A stretch of 50,118 nt of DNA, from the IMG/VR virus record IMGVR_UViG_3300007352_000006. One strand, 5' to 3'. The stretch's first letter is position 1, and every line of letters begins with the position of its first letter. The position numbers were made by a program, and so were the translations under genes. Positions 1 through 7,751 of this stretch are shown piece by piece. Origin of the DNA: a virus. The notes under the pieces were generated by a model, which was given only the letters and a program-made list of their open reading frames with translations, was not told the origin of the DNA and ran no database searches.

Positions 1-84
1 CTCGCGCAACATCGTCACCTGTTCGCGCAGACGGGCATTCTCATCGGCCAAAGTGCGCCCGACCTTGATCGCCAAATCCGTTCG
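1..84. repeat. Terminal overlap identical to 50035-50118 (genome closure; unit length 50034 bp)
   Basis: Read directly: both copies run ctcgcgcaacatcgtcacctg...gccaaatccgttcg. Confidence 0.95.
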
Positions 85-93
85 ATTGCCCAT
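1..93 (-). CDS. 5' portion of the gene that wraps the window junction (same gene as 49906..50118)
   Basis: In-frame ATG at 93 preceded by GGAG; sequence continues into the duplicated 84 bp. Confidence 0.45.
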   Translation of the reverse strand, partial: MGNRTDLAIKVGRTLADENARLREQVTMLRE

Positions 94-98
94 CGCCC

Positions 99-299
99 TT
101 ACTCCGACATCATGGTTTTATCGAGTGCCGCTATCGCTTCGCGCAGGGTCTTGGCCGCGTCCCCAGATACCCCGCCAGTAACCAGCACGTTCGAAACCGC
201 CCCGCGAAACATGATGACTTCCTGAACGAATGCATCCAGGCTGTCCACGAAGTCATGCTTGACTGCGAACAGCGGCTTCACGTCTTTCTTTCGTGCCAT
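99..299 (-). CDS. hypothetical early protein, 66 aa, first gene of leftward operon
   Basis: Track ORF 99..335; internal ATG 299 preferred because AGGGAGAGGG Shine-Dalgarno lies just upstream. Confidence 0.5.
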   Translation of the reverse strand: MARKKDVKPLFAVKHDFVDSLDAFVQEVIMFRGAVSNVLVTGGVSGDAAKTLREAIAALDKTMMSE

Positions 300-348
300 C
301 GCCCTCTCCCTTGATTGACAATCGCACCATGCCATATCGTAACCCGTC

Positions 349-374
349 CGTCAACCCCTATTTTACGGTTGACG
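349..374. promoter_or_regulatory. Inverted repeat CGTCAACC-N10-GGTTGACG, candidate operator between divergent early operons
   Basis: Perfect 8-bp arms at 349-356 and 367-374; each arm gives a TTGACG -35-like hexamer on one strand. Confidence 0.5.
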
Positions 375-397
375 CGGCGGGGACGTGATGGTATGAG
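369..397 (+). promoter_or_regulatory. sigma70-like rightward early promoter TTGACG-N17-TATGAG
   Basis: Hexamers at 369-374 and 392-397 with 17-nt spacer. Confidence 0.4.
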
Positions 398-404
398 AAT
401 CCCG

Positions 405-716
405 GCATGGCTGGCAATCAGCTTACTACGCTGCGACTAGTAGGGGAGTGTTAACCGAGTGCGGAATCGTCCAGGACGCAAGGAACGGGCACGGGTAAAG
501 AAGCATCACCGCGGTGAAACGTGGTGTGGCGAGTGGGGCGCCGGTACCGACTTTGTGAAAATGGGCGAGAAGAAGTACCGGCGCTGGCTTAAGGTCAGAT
601 TCGGACGGAACGCACGCACGGTGGCACGCCGAACTGAACGCCAGCGGAAATGTCCCGATATGGCCCCAACTGAGGGACAGCCGGGTAGCGACCGGCCCAT
701 GCAATATTGAGGTAGT
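405..716 (+). ncRNA. candidate long structured 5' leader / cis-acting RNA upstream of cro-like gene
   Basis: About 310 nt without credible ORF; 10-bp perfect stem 538-547/575-584; 7-bp stem with GUGAAA loop 507-526. Confidence 0.2.
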
Positions 717-902
717 ATGAACAAGCTCCGCAAATGGCGCCGCCGGGAAAAACTCTCGTTAACGGATGTCGCCAGCCGACTCGCCGTTACCAAAGGCGCG
801 GTATCCAGGTGGGAGAACGGGAACCGGACACCATCCCGCCCCCTCCTGTTCGCGATTGAGACCATGACTGGCGGTGAGGTGCCGGCGAAGGGGTGGCTGT
901 GA
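717..902 (+). CDS. Cro/XRE-type helix-turn-helix regulator, 61 aa
   Basis: KLSLTDVASRLAVTKGAVSRWENGNR is a classic XRE HTH; GAGG RBS upstream. Confidence 0.75.
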   Translation: MNKLRKWRRREKLSLTDVASRLAVTKGAVSRWENGNRTPSRPLLFAIETMTGGEVPAKGWL

Positions 903-1183
903 AACACCAGCATTTCACCCCTGAGGAAGATGCTGTGATCCTGGCCTTGGCGACAAAGGCGAAGACCTACAAGAAAACCCCGCCTTGGCAGAAGATCGCC
1001 GACACAATTAAGCGGCCACACGGCAGCACGATATATGCCAGATATCAGTTACTGATCGGTGCCCCCAAGAAATGGCCGAACGAACCATCGATCCCACTAC
1101 CACCGCCGCCGAAACCACGACACCACCCACAATTCGCCGATCCCTCGCTTGAGGCTAAGGCCAAGGCGAGGCGGGCGTTTTAA
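893..1183 (+). CDS. hypothetical protein, possible Myb/SANT-like DNA-binding domain
   Basis: GTG start 893 (or GTG 899 overlapping upstream stop); FTPEEDAVIL...W..IA pattern; Pro-rich tail. Confidence 0.45.
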   Translation: MAVKHQHFTPEEDAVILALATKAKTYKKTPPWQKIADTIKRPHGSTIYARYQLLIGAPKKWPNEPSIPLPPPPKPRHHPQFADPSLEAKAKARRAF

Positions 1184-1265
1184 CGAATGTGCCATGAACG
1201 CAATCCATCCAATCCATCATAGCATGCTTATCCGGTTAACGCACACAAACGTTGAGGTATACTAG

Positions 1266-1595
1266 ATGACGCGCAATAAGTTGGCCGCCGAGCTTCGAAA
1301 GGTTGCCGCGATAGCCTCGCCGGACAATGCGGCGAAGTACGAGGCTTTCGCGAAGCGCGCGGAGACGGGCGAGTTCGATGACTATGCCGACACCTATGTC
1401 TGCCCGATCACCCAACTCTATTCGGAACTGATCGCCGCAGGCTTTGCCAAGTTTGCCGCCCGCGTAGCAAACGGCGAGTTCGACGCCACGAAAGAAGAAA
1501 GCGACGAATGGGCGCGCAGCCCATCCGGTCAGGACGCCGCGAAGCGTCTGTTGCCGGAAATGCGCGAGATTTTTGGCCTGAAACTGAACAACTAG
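1266..1595 (+). CDS. hypothetical protein, 109 aa
   Basis: ORF with GAGG RBS (gttgaggtatactagATG). Confidence 0.6.
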   Translation: MTRNKLAAELRKVAAIASPDNAAKYEAFAKRAETGEFDDYADTYVCPITQLYSELIAAGFAKFAARVANGEFDATKEESDEWARSPSGQDAAKRLLPEMREIFGLKLNN

Positions 1596-1605
1596 GGGAA
1601 CCGCA

Positions 1606-1836
1606 ATGTCGCCCGAGATCAGCAACCAAGAAGCTATCGAAATGATGAACCGCTGCAAGCAAGAGATTATTGGCATGCGGGCAACAATCGATCGCCTCAA
1701 GCCCAAGGCCGATGCTTACGACAATCTCGTTGTCGTGCTGGGCCTACTGCCCCGTCCGAGCATCGGCATGGGCGAGGATTTGGTTTGGATCATCGACAAG
1801 CGCATCCGGGAATTGACATCGACTAAAGATGAATAA
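1606..1836 (+). CDS. hypothetical protein, 76 aa
   Basis: ORF tightly packed with neighbours, overlaps the next start. Confidence 0.5.
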   Translation: MSPEISNQEAIEMMNRCKQEIIGMRATIDRLKPKADAYDNLVVVLGLLPRPSIGMGEDLVWIIDKRIRELTSTKDE

Positions 1837-2239
1837 GATGTTCCTCCAACTCCCGATCCCACCTACCGCCAACAACCTGTTCGCCACCGGCCGCAGGAAC
1901 GGGAAATTCTGCCGTTTCCGGACAAAAAAGTATCTGGCTTGGCAGAAAGAAGCCGGGTTGATGTTGCAGACATCGAAGAAAATCCGGTTTGCCGGCGAGG
2001 TCGAAATCGAGATCACGCTCCCAAGTAACATCAGGGGCGATATCGATAATCGAGTCAAACCCATATTTGATTTACTCGTCAAGTATGGGATCGTTTGCGA
2101 CGATAGGTACATCAGGGATTTCCATGTGACCCGGCGCGGGACAAACGCATACGCGCTGATATCGGTGGTGAACGCAGACCCGCCCAAGAAACTGCCGAGC
2201 TACCGCGATGTCAGGGGCATCCTGAAAGGCAAGCCATGA
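1829..2239 (+). CDS. rusA: RusA-family Holliday junction resolvase
   Basis: PPTANNLF ... GDIDNRVKPIFDLL ... CDDRYI match RusA motifs; 136 aa is the typical size. Confidence 0.8.
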   Translation: MNKMFLQLPIPPTANNLFATGRRNGKFCRFRTKKYLAWQKEAGLMLQTSKKIRFAGEVEIEITLPSNIRGDIDNRVKPIFDLLVKYGIVCDDRYIRDFHVTRRGTNAYALISVVNADPPKKLPSYRDVRGILKGKP

Positions 2240-2478
2240 CCGCCGACGTGATCCCTTTTGCCCCACCATCGCCGATAGCAACGAGGGCAGCAGCATTGGA
2301 TACCGATGCGGCGTGGCGGGATTTCGAGCGAGCGCATCGGGACTTTATTCTGGCCCCGCTCATGCCCGGATTAGCCTTGGCCGCGGTGGCAACATACAAT
2401 CGGTGGGTTCTGCTGGCAACCCGCAGCGATACGCTATCATATACCGACATCATCGATGATGATCCGGGGACGGTATGA
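2236..2478 (+). CDS. hypothetical protein, 80 aa
   Basis: ATGA overlap with rusA stop. Confidence 0.45.
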   Translation: MTADVIPFAPPSPIATRAAALDTDAAWRDFERAHRDFILAPLMPGLALAAVATYNRWVLLATRSDTLSYTDIIDDDPGTV

Positions 2479-2672
2479 AGCGTCGGGTTCATCAACCGAA
2501 CAGCCCGATGCACGGCTGGACAATCGAGGCAACCGACACCGAATGTATGGGGGTCAAGACCTATGACTTCGAACGAGACGGAATCAGCTACCGAGTCCCC
2601 CGGGATTGGTGCCCGCCGACCGTGGGGAACAGCAAAGGAATTGGTGCGCGAGGCGATACGCCTAAAGCCTGA
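2475..2672 (+). CDS. hypothetical protein, 65 aa
   Basis: ATGA overlap with upstream stop; overlaps 2563..2805 in another frame, so one start is probably wrong. Confidence 0.35.
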   Translation: MKRRVHQPNSPMHGWTIEATDTECMGVKTYDFERDGISYRVPRDWCPPTVGNSKGIGARGDTPKA

Positions 2673-2805
2673 GTTATCTATCAAGGACATCGCGGCGGAA
2701 ACAAAGTTGGCGCGGGAATACGTTTCGGCCTGCCTGCGCCGGCTGGCGAGGGAAAAAACCAAGCCATTGGTTTACCATCGCAGCAAAATCCAGGGTGATA
2801 GATGA
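2563..2805 (+). CDS. hypothetical HTH/winged-helix protein
   Basis: AKELVREAIRLKPELSIKDIAAETKLAREYVSACLRRLAREK looks HTH-like; true start may be TTG/GTG near 2638. Confidence 0.45.
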   Translation: MTSNETESATESPGIGARRPWGTAKELVREAIRLKPELSIKDIAAETKLAREYVSACLRRLAREKTKPLVYHRSKIQGDR

Positions 2806-3071
2806 CCCGCCGCCAGCGTGAGCTATGGGATTTTATCCGGGCCTATTGGCAGGAGCACGGCATGGCACCGACCTACGATACCATGGCTACTGGAATCGGG
2901 CTCCGGAGCAAAAGCCAGGTATTTTATCTCATCAAACGACTCGAAGATCGGGGGCATGTTCGATGCGTAAAGCTGAAAGGCGGGACAACCCCGATCCCTC
3001 TCTATCCGAGGGCGATTGCGTCAAACACGTCAGGTGGTGCCGATCACAGGGCTGGACGCCGACCAGGATAA
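2802..3071 (+). CDS. LexA N-terminal DNA-binding-domain protein lacking the peptidase domain
   Basis: RQRELWDFIRAYWQEHGMAPTYDTMATGIGLRSKSQVFYLIKRLEDRGHV aligns by eye with the LexA winged helix; only 89 aa. Confidence 0.6.
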   Translation: MTRRQRELWDFIRAYWQEHGMAPTYDTMATGIGLRSKSQVFYLIKRLEDRGHVRCVKLKGGTTPIPLYPRAIASNTSGGADHRAGRRPG

Positions 3072-3161
3072 TTCGATCAGTCGGGCAGCCGGTCCCCGAG
3101 AATCCGGGCTGGGATGATGCCGCGGTAGGACTCATGCGGTCGGTGGGGATATGGTAGTAAG

Positions 3162-3920
3162 ATGAAAAAACCCGACATTTGGATGCCGCTTTACATAGGC
3201 GATTATCTTGCCGATACCATCGGATTAAGCCATGCCCAGCACGGGGCCTACTTGCTCGCCATTATGGCATATTGGCGCAAGGGCGGGCCATTAAGCGAGG
3301 CCGAAGCACAGGCAATTATGGGGTCAGAGGCGGCAAGTTTGGCGCGGTTTTTCAATATCACCGATGACGGCTGGTCGCATAGCCGAATCGATTCCGAACT
3401 CGCATCCGCAGAGACAAGGCGAGAAAAAAAGTCGCAGGCCGGTCGCAAGGGTAACGCGGTGCGATACAACTGCGACAGCACCGATACATCAACCGGGTCG
3501 CAATGCGATAGCACAGCGATCGCAAACCCTCGCTCTTCACCTTCACCTTCACCTTCACCTTCACCTTCACAATCAGAACCACAATCAGTTTTGGCGTCGC
3601 AAACGACGCCAGACCAAACCCGAGATGATCTTCTCGCTGTCCCGGAGTTCTTGGACAAACGCCGGGGTTCCAGGTTGCCTGACGGCTGGCAGCCCAGCCC
3701 CGAATTGCTGGCATGGGCGAACACCGAATGCCCGATCGTTGATTGTGTGTACGAAACCGAGAAATTCACGGATTTTTGGCGGTCACAAGCCGGCGCGAAG
3801 GCGCGGAAAACCGATTGGGACGCGACATGGCGAAATTGGATGCGAAAGGCGGGCGAGAATGGCAAAGGCAGTCGCGAAAACGGATTCATCGCCATCGCCC
3901 GTGGCTATACCGGAGATTGA
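3162..3920 (+). CDS. DUF1376 (YdaU-like) phage replication-associated protein
   Basis: MPLYIGDYLADT..HGAYLLAIMAYW N-terminal motif; W-rich DnaT-like C-terminus; (Ser-Pro)6 linker. Confidence 0.7.
   Translation: MKKPDIWMPLYIGDYLADTIGLSHAQHGAYLLAIMAYWRKGGPLSEAEAQAIMGSEAASLARFFNITDDGWSHSRIDSELASAETRREKKSQAGRKGNAVRYNCDSTDTSTGSQCDSTAIANPRSSPSPSPSPSPSQSEPQSVLASQTTPDQTRDDLLAVPEFLDKRRGSRLPDGWQPSPELLAWANTECPIVDCVYETEKFTDFWRSQAGAKARKTDWDATWRNWMRKAGENGKGSRENGFIAIARGYTGD
3535..3570. repeat. Perfect hexanucleotide tandem repeat (CTTCAC)x6
   Basis: Read directly; encodes SPSPSPSPSPSP inside 3162..3920. Confidence 0.95.
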
Positions 3921-4317
3921 GAAGTGGTTGACATTCCTTGGAATTCTATGCGCCGGCCGGATGCCAGCAGACGAGGCAAGAACCAAAATCCATGCCTACG
4001 CGCCAGGTCTGGCCGGGTGGCGGGCGACAGTGTTTACGCGGGAATCCGCGTACTGGATTGCGAAACACCTGACATGGTTCCCGTCGTTCGGTGAGTTGGA
4101 CAAACTGCTGCACGACTTCAACGCCGAGGTTTTGATTCCGCGACTGCCGAAACCACCATATCTATCGGCACCGATTCATGAACCGCCAACACCGGAACAA
4201 ATCGCGCGGGTCAAGGTTGTGGCGGATAAGACCAGAGCAGCGCTGCTCGCGACTTCGGAAAGGTTGTCCATGAACAGGCCCGTGCGGGGCACAGGATCGA
4301 CGTCTGATGCCCTATAG
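3859..4317 (+). CDS. hypothetical protein, about 152 aa
   Basis: 3' half of track ORF 3364..4317; the 5' half is a shadow of 3162..3920; ATG 3859 chosen, a later start is possible. Confidence 0.45.
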   Translation: MAKAVAKTDSSPSPVAIPEIEKWLTFLGILCAGRMPADEARTKIHAYAPGLAGWRATVFTRESAYWIAKHLTWFPSFGELDKLLHDFNAEVLIPRLPKPPYLSAPIHEPPTPEQIARVKVVADKTRAALLATSERLSMNRPVRGTGSTSDAL

Positions 4318-4335
4318 TGCGCCTACGGAATCCCC

Positions 4336-4545
4336 CTACAATACATCCTCAATCCCTTGCCACCGTCGTTTGGCAATCACTAATAGCTCTGCTCGCATTG
4401 TTTCTGGAATCGGCCGGGCGCCGGAGGCCCTGCGGTGTAGGGTCCGGCGGGAGATGCCGAGATCGCGCGCCATTGCTGTGACCCATTGGCGGCCGTACAG
4501 CGCCTCACCGATGCGGCGGAGTTCGGTGGGGGTCATTTGCCCCAC
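4336..4545 (-). CDS. small HTH DNA-binding protein, last gene of leftward island
   Basis: WVTAMARDLGISRRTLHRRASG HTH motif; 69 aa. Confidence 0.55.
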   Translation of the reverse strand: MGQMTPTELRRIGEALYGRQWVTAMARDLGISRRTLHRRASGARPIPETMRAELLVIAKRRWQGIEDVL

Positions 4546-4781
4546 TCCTCTGCGGCTGCTCGGATGCGCTCTTTCATTTGTTCAAATGCTGCTTTTTCGC
4601 CGGCCGCAAAATTGGTGGTTGTAGTCATTTTTGTTTCAGCAAAAAGCGCCCCGATATGGCATTCTTCGGCCATTCTCTTCGCAAACTCCCATACCGCTGC
4701 GCGCTCGCGTTCCTTAACCTGTTTATCATTCCAAAACACGTTGCCGCATACTGGATTCCCCTCATGTATGCCATCGCTCAT
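4533..4781 (-). CDS. hypothetical protein, 82 aa
   Basis: Internal ATG 4781 forms an ATGA overlap with the stop of 4778..5098. Confidence 0.5.
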   Translation of the reverse strand: MSDGIHEGNPVCGNVFWNDKQVKERERAAVWEFAKRMAEECHIGALFAETKMTTTTNFAAGEKAAFEQMKERIRAAAEEWGK

Positions 4782-5098
4782 TTCTTCTCTCCGTCCAGTG
4801 CGCGCAGGGCGCTGAACAAATTGGCCCAATCATCATATTCGAGCCTTTTGTTGCTGGCCGCTTGCCCCATACGTCGTGCCGCCTTGGTCACCGCCTGTTC
4901 CAGCTTCACCCGCTCGGCGACATCGGCGGGGGCGAGGGCGGACTGTATCGCATCTAGCAAATTTACATATGAATTGTTAGCCTGTTTCAATATCTCATTC
5001 TTCCGCCGCACCAGTTCACGCAGCGCGGCGTTCTCGGCTTCAAGCTCTGCAACATATTTGTGCGATACAGAATCCATCGCCAATGTTTCGTCGGTCAT
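4778..5098 (-). CDS. hypothetical coiled-coil protein, 106 aa
   Basis: Heptad-rich AELEAENAALRELVRRKNEIL. Confidence 0.55.
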   Translation of the reverse strand: MTDETLAMDSVSHKYVAELEAENAALRELVRRKNEILKQANNSYVNLLDAIQSALAPADVAERVKLEQAVTKAARRMGQAASNKRLEYDDWANLFSALRALDGEKK

Positions 5099-5111
5099 TC
5101 CATTTCCCCTT

Positions 5112-5408
5112 TCAGCGGTTCACACAATCCGATTTGCCCGAAGGCAGCCAAGCGCACAGCCTGGACAGCCCCGGGTTTCGTTCGAACAGGGCGCGGTCGG
5201 CCTCGCTCAAACCCGATTCTGTCAGATGCGAGTGATGGAATTCGTACCCGGCATGTGGTACCTTAAAGGCTGCCGCAAGCATGTTGGGTACATGGACCCG
5301 ATGGCCGTAACCTTGAACGATTTCAGAGACATACCCGTTAGGATGCGTGATCACCGCACATTCATGGGGGGCACAGGCCAGCAGGGCGGCCAGCAGGGCG
5401 GCGGTCAT
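5112..5408 (-). CDS. putative lipoprotein, 98 aa
   Basis: N-terminus MTAALLAALLAC resembles a signal peptide with lipobox-like LLAC. Confidence 0.45.
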   Translation of the reverse strand: MTAALLAALLACAPHECAVITHPNGYVSEIVQGYGHRVHVPNMLAAAFKVPHAGYEFHHSHLTESGLSEADRALFERNPGLSRLCAWLPSGKSDCVNR

Positions 5409-5411
5409 GGC

Positions 5412-5780
5412 TCACTCCCTCTGGTCCGGTGGCGCTGGCCGCTTCGGCGTTCCCCTGCAAAGCTGCATCCATTTGTCCATCGGGTTGCCCTTCGCAGACG
5501 CAAAAACGTTGATCTCGGATATTCCGCACCGGCCGATAACCAAGGCGTGGCCCTCAGGGTATTCCAAGAACGGCTCGCGGCCGTTCGCTTCGCACCAATC
5601 ACGGTATGTGCGGGAGACGTGGCCGAAATCGTAGCTCTCGCGAATCGTCTTGTTCTCGCGCGCCAGCGTAGTTCGGATGCACTCTTGCTCCGCCTTGGTC
5701 AATTCCCGATAGTAGGGGCCGAATGTCAGGCCGCCGATTCGATAGGTATATTCGGTCGAGAAGCCAGAACGGTGTTTCAT
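5412..5780 (-). CDS. hypothetical protein, 122 aa
   Basis: Start preceded by the shared GGGGAGAGTGAGCT junction motif. Confidence 0.55.
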   Translation of the reverse strand: MKHRSGFSTEYTYRIGGLTFGPYYRELTKAEQECIRTTLARENKTIRESYDFGHVSRTYRDWCEANGREPFLEYPEGHALVIGRCGISEINVFASAKGNPMDKWMQLCRGTPKRPAPPDQRE

Positions 5781-5783
5781 AGC

Positions 5784-5949
5784 TCACTCTCCCCGTGCCG
5801 GATGAGTCCACGCCAATCCGAGCTTGCGTGCGCAATCAGGCCCAATCGGGTGCGCCCCGCAATCGCCAGAATCGGGCGTATAGTTGATTTCATCGGCCGG
5901 ATGCAATACGTAGGCGCCGCGCGTTGAAGTCAAGGAATTTTGTCCGCAT
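5784..5949 (-). pseudogene. Internally deleted, frameshifted paralogue of 7818..8075
   Basis: Same MRTKFLDFNAR start; 92 nt missing at GCGGC microhomology; 57-nt identical block 5813-5869 = 7847-7903. Confidence 0.55.
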
Positions 5950-5952
5950 AGC

Positions 5953-6207
5953 TCACTCTCTCGCTTTTTCTGCGACTGTTTTGGCGCCAACATCGGGCAA
6001 ATAAGACCATGCCACATTTGATACCTTGAAACGATTCCCAGTTAATGGCTGGCGTATGAAATCATTCTCCCTTTCAACACGTTTCAGGAAATACACATCG
6101 CGCATGGCGCTCTCGACATCAGGATATGTGCACCTTGAGTCTGGAACCGTCACGCCGACGAGCGGACCATCGATAAATGTCTTGTCGTGAAAGACTATGA
6201 TTTTCAT
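5953..6207 (-). CDS. hypothetical protein, 84 aa
   Basis: ORF ending in KARE-stop followed by the GCTATG junction. Confidence 0.55.
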   Translation of the reverse strand: MKIIVFHDKTFIDGPLVGVTVPDSRCTYPDVESAMRDVYFLKRVERENDFIRQPLTGNRFKVSNVAWSYLPDVGAKTVAEKARE

Positions 6208-6224
6208 GGCCGGATTCGACGGTA

Positions 6225-6232
6225 TAATATAT
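6225..6232. repeat. Target-site duplication TAATATAT (left copy)
   Basis: Identical 8-mer directly flanks both IS ends. Confidence 0.85.
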
Positions 6233-6254
6233 GGGAATTATATACATGACTCCC
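6233..6254. repeat. IS terminal inverted repeat (left) GGGAATTATATACATGACTCCC
   Basis: Reverse complement of 7772-7793 with one mismatch. Confidence 0.9.
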
Positions 6255-6264
6255 TTTTCCACAG

Positions 6265-6402
6265 CTAAGCCTCATTTTCTTTCCTCGCCTTGGCCGCGCG
6301 CCGCTTACGCTTCTTCGCGGACTTCGATTTGGGCTTGGGGCGATAGGCGAGAACCACGTCAGTTATCGCGTCGAGGGCTTTGGGCGGCTTGGGACGTTTC
6401 AT
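6265..6402 (-). CDS. 45-aa highly basic passenger ORF inside the IS
   Basis: Below track cutoff: MKRPKPPKALDAITDVVLAYRPKPKSKSAKKRKRRAAKARKENEA; ATGA overlap with 6399..6809. Confidence 0.35.
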   Translation of the reverse strand: MKRPKPPKALDAITDVVLAYRPKPKSKSAKKRKRRAAKARKENEA

Positions 6403-6809
6403 GGCTTTGCTGCCGCGTGCTTTTCCCACGCACGATCAAGCAGGGCTTTGTCTTCTGGCGTTAAAGGCTCATCGCGTTCGGCCAAGTCCGAATCTTGTGC
6501 ACGTATTTCGGACAACTCGGCCCGAAGCCGCTGATTGTCCTCACGCACGGCCTCCAAGAGATTGCGAAGCTGGATGGTATCCTCAGCACGGCGCGCGTAA
6601 ATCAGTACCTGGTTAGCTAGGGCGCTGTTTGCCGATTCCAGCTTTTGAACCCTGGCGAGAGCTTTTTCGAGCGCATCGCGGGTGCCTTCCAGCATCTCAG
6701 CAAGGCTGTCATTGTTCGGGATAATCATAGGACACCTTTCATGATCGCAGGCAAATCCAAGCACCTGCATGTTTGTCGCACCGCAGTCTGAGCAATAGCG
6801 TCTCATCAT
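6399..6809 (-). CDS. 136-aa passenger protein inside the IS (Cys cluster plus coiled coil)
   Basis: CSDCG..CDHERC then heptad repeats; ATGATGA overlap with the transposase stop. Confidence 0.55.
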   Translation of the reverse strand: MMRRYCSDCGATNMQVLGFACDHERCPMIIPNNDSLAEMLEGTRDALEKALARVQKLESANSALANQVLIYARRAEDTIQLRNLLEAVREDNQRLRAELSEIRAQDSDLAERDEPLTPEDKALLDRAWEKHAAAKP

Positions 6810-7723
6810 TGGATCAGTGCCTTGTAGGTCAGGCGCTTGCCCTTCGTGCCGCTCACAAAGCTTTCCAGCCGCTCCATGGTGTGACGCTTCACGTTGCCGT
6901 CATTCAGACGGAAGGCAAATTCGTCAACGTAGCGGCCAAGGTGCTTTTTGCTGGCGTGGTGATAGACGCCAATCAGGCCGCGCTTCATGACCGCGAACAC
7001 GCTTTCAACGCCGTTGGTGGTCACGCTATCGCGGACGTATTCGCCTTCGCTGTGGTTGACAGTTTCGTGGTTGAAGAACAGCCCGCCAAGGCCACGGTAA
7101 ACGCCAGCTTCATCGGTGTGCAGCGTGGAACCGGCGGCGACGTGTTGGTGAATTTTGGTGTGCAGGGTCGCCATGTCGGCATCTTCAACCGCCATGGCTT
7201 TCATCTTGCCGCCGCGCTCGCGCATGGCGACAACGGCAGTCTTGCCGACCGTCCCGCGACCGGCTTTGAGCTTCTTGGACTCGTGCTTGTTCTTTTCGAT
7301 GCCGCCGACATAGGTTTCGTCGATTTCGACGATGCCTTGCAGTTTGGTCAGGTCGTCGCCGCAGGCTTCGCGAAGGCGATGCAGGACGAACCAAGCCGAC
7401 TTTTGCGTAATCCCGATTTCCTTCGCCAATTGCAGGCTGGAAATGCCCTTGCGGGCCGTGACCAGCAGATACATCGCGTAAATCCACTTGTGCAGCGGGA
7501 CATGGCTGCGCTCGAAAATGGTTCCCGTCCGCACCGTAAAATCCTCTTTGCACTGGTTGCAGCGGAAGTAGCCGCCCGCCCGCGCCGTGATCCGCTCGCC
7601 AAGGCCACAGACCGGGCACTTGGGGCCTTCCGGCCACAGACGCCCCTCCAAATAGACCCGCGCCGTCTCTTGATCCGGGAACATCGCGAACAACTCAAAG
7701 GTGGAAATCGTGGACTTACTCAT
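6806..7723 (-). CDS. IS1595-family (ISXO2-like DDE) transposase, 305 aa
   Basis: N-terminal Zn-ribbon CPVCG..CNQC, HKWIYAMYLL, DETYVGG motifs typical of the family. Confidence 0.9.
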   Translation of the reverse strand: MSKSTISTFELFAMFPDQETARVYLEGRLWPEGPKCPVCGLGERITARAGGYFRCNQCKEDFTVRTGTIFERSHVPLHKWIYAMYLLVTARKGISSLQLAKEIGITQKSAWFVLHRLREACGDDLTKLQGIVEIDETYVGGIEKNKHESKKLKAGRGTVGKTAVVAMRERGGKMKAMAVEDADMATLHTKIHQHVAAGSTLHTDEAGVYRGLGGLFFNHETVNHSEGEYVRDSVTTNGVESVFAVMKRGLIGVYHHASKKHLGRYVDEFAFRLNDGNVKRHTMERLESFVSGTKGKRLTYKALIQ

Positions 7724-7751
7724 GACCCATATCCCTCGTTTCTATGGGCAA

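Noticed and set aside
1-84. The 84-bp terminal repeat as a genuine T7-like direct terminal repeat.
   Set aside because: It lies inside a coding sequence and is short. It is more consistent with circular assembly overlap or a permuted genome, but this cannot be settled without reads.
426-1021. ORFs 426..704(-), 459..710(+) and 506..1021(-) in the early control region.
   Set aside because: They are very basic or Arg-rich with no RBS. They overlap each other and the cro-like gene. The region is better explained as promoter, operator and leader RNA.
1222-1240. Shared motif GCAT(G)CTTATCCGGT in the intergenic regions 1184-1265 and 9358-9658 (second copy at 9378-9393) as a common regulatory site.
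   Set aside because: Only a 10-nt exact match (CTTATCCGGT) with loose flanks. Many such 10-mer coincidences are expected in 50 kb, so it is not convincing without conservation data.
3535-3570. Short tandem repeats (also 44451-44490 GGCTTC-type repeats) as a CRISPR-like array.
   Set aside because: The units are 6-18 nt without spacers and lie in frame inside coding sequence. No CRISPR repeat-spacer architecture exists anywhere in the window.
3364-3858. 5' half of track ORF 3364..4317 (contains HLHLHLHLHL).
   Set aside because: It is the alternative-frame shadow of the DUF1376 gene. The HL repeat is simply the (CTTCAC)6 microsatellite read in another frame.
5784-6017. 77-aa ORF as an intact gene.
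   Set aside because: Only its C-terminal 45 codons match the paralogue 7818..8075. The N-terminal part overlaps 5953..6207 out of frame. The real paralogue start at 5949 is in a different frame because of the 92-nt deletion, so it is called a pseudogene.
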